A DNA stretch of 64,000 nucleotides, taken from NCBI GenBank assembly GCA_963755795.1, contig CAVWLI010000017.1, positions 25,262-89,261 on the forward strand, given 5' to 3'. Origin of the DNA: an uncultured Acidobacteriota bacterium. Its GTDB lineage: Bacteria > Acidobacteriota > Terriglobia > Terriglobales > Acidobacteriaceae. Below, in pieces: positions 63,692 through 64,000 of this stretch (the first letter of the stretch is position 1; each line of letters starts with the position of its first letter). The notes under the pieces are model-generated. The model saw only the letters and a program-made list of their open reading frames with translations, was not told the origin of the DNA and did not search any database. Made by a program: the position numbers and the translations under genes.

Positions 63692-64000
63692 ATGGCGAGT
63701 CCAACACAAGCTCGTCAAACGCAGCGCGACATCGTCATTATTGGCGGCGGCCACAACGGGCTGATCACCGCATTTTATCTGGCTAAGGCCGGGTACAAGC
63801 CGCTGGTGCTTGAGCGCAACGCGCAGGTTGGCGGAGCTGCGGTGACGGATGAATTTCATCCTGGGTTTCGTTGTTCGACACTGGCCCACGCGGCAGGGCC
63901 GATTCTGCCGAGCGTTTTGCGCGACATGCAACTCGAGAAGCATGGCCTCCGGCTGATCACGCCGGAAGTCTGTGTGACGGCGCTTTCGCCCGACGGGCGC
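63692..64000 (+). CDS. Partial CDS: second CrtI-related FAD oxidoreductase (paralogue), continues past the window end
   Basis: Hand translation from ATG 63692 gives MASPTQARQTQRDIVIIGGGHNGLITAFYLAKAGYKPLVLERNAQVGGAAVTDEF... It starts 2 nt after the stop of the first copy. Confidence 0.8.
   Translation, partial: MASPTQARQTQRDIVIIGGGHNGLITAFYLAKAGYKPLVLERNAQVGGAAVTDEFHPGFRCSTLAHAAGPILPSVLRDMQLEKHGLRLITPEVCVTALSPDGR

Noticed and set aside
62280-63707. 475-aa minus-strand ORF opposite the CrtI-like gene
   Set aside because: It is a shadow ORF. It is extremely Arg-rich, while the plus-strand frame carries the FAD-binding fingerprint.

Overview
GC-rich chromosomal window with about 55 protein-coding genes. 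By eye I found no rRNA, tRNA, CRISPR array, transposase or intact integrase. The many secreted TPR, NHL and beta-propeller proteins, a VWA secreted protein and several palindromic intergenic repeat families suggest a soil Acidobacteriota-like genome; this is inference only, with no search run.

Gene order, left to right:
- Secreted TolB/TPR protein, aminotransferase, maeB and a VWA protein.
- A Dlt-like acylation module at 9.8-15.7 kb: acyl-AMP ligase, carrier protein, MBOAT and an SGNH/TPR protein.
- A 14-kb cytochrome island at 16.2-31.3 kb.
- An accessory-looking patch at 31.5-36.3 kb: repeat-domain secreted protein, deacetylase, recombinase-domain remnant, and a REC / zinc-ribbon / PilZ trio.
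- GH16, DUF72, CAP-domain protein, rmuC, lactonase and an esterase.
- A PDZ-GAF-PAS histidine kinase with an NtrC-type regulator, then mlaEF.
- An orphan sugar-binding lipoprotein and divergent GT2/GT39 glycosyltransferases.
- DUF4097 protein, methyltransferase, a zinc-ribbon micro-ORF coupled to an APC permease, and a permease remnant.
- A GcvT-like protein and two tandem CrtI-like oxidoreductases.

Main candidate system, 16174-30026:
- Minus strand: a 16-haem cytochrome, an NHL propeller, a low-haem-density 4-haem cytochrome, a SurA/PpiC-type chaperone, a large predicted outer-membrane beta-barrel, a second NHL propeller and a 12-haem cytochrome.
- The last three genes are translationally coupled.
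- Divergent from these are ResB/CcsB-CcsA cytochrome maturation genes and a histidine kinase.
- A perfect CRP/FNR-type palindrome sits in the shared intergenic region.
- I read this as a candidate outer-membrane electron conduit or cytochrome-filament system.

All functional calls rest on motif recognition in the supplied translations plus hand translation. No database search was possible.
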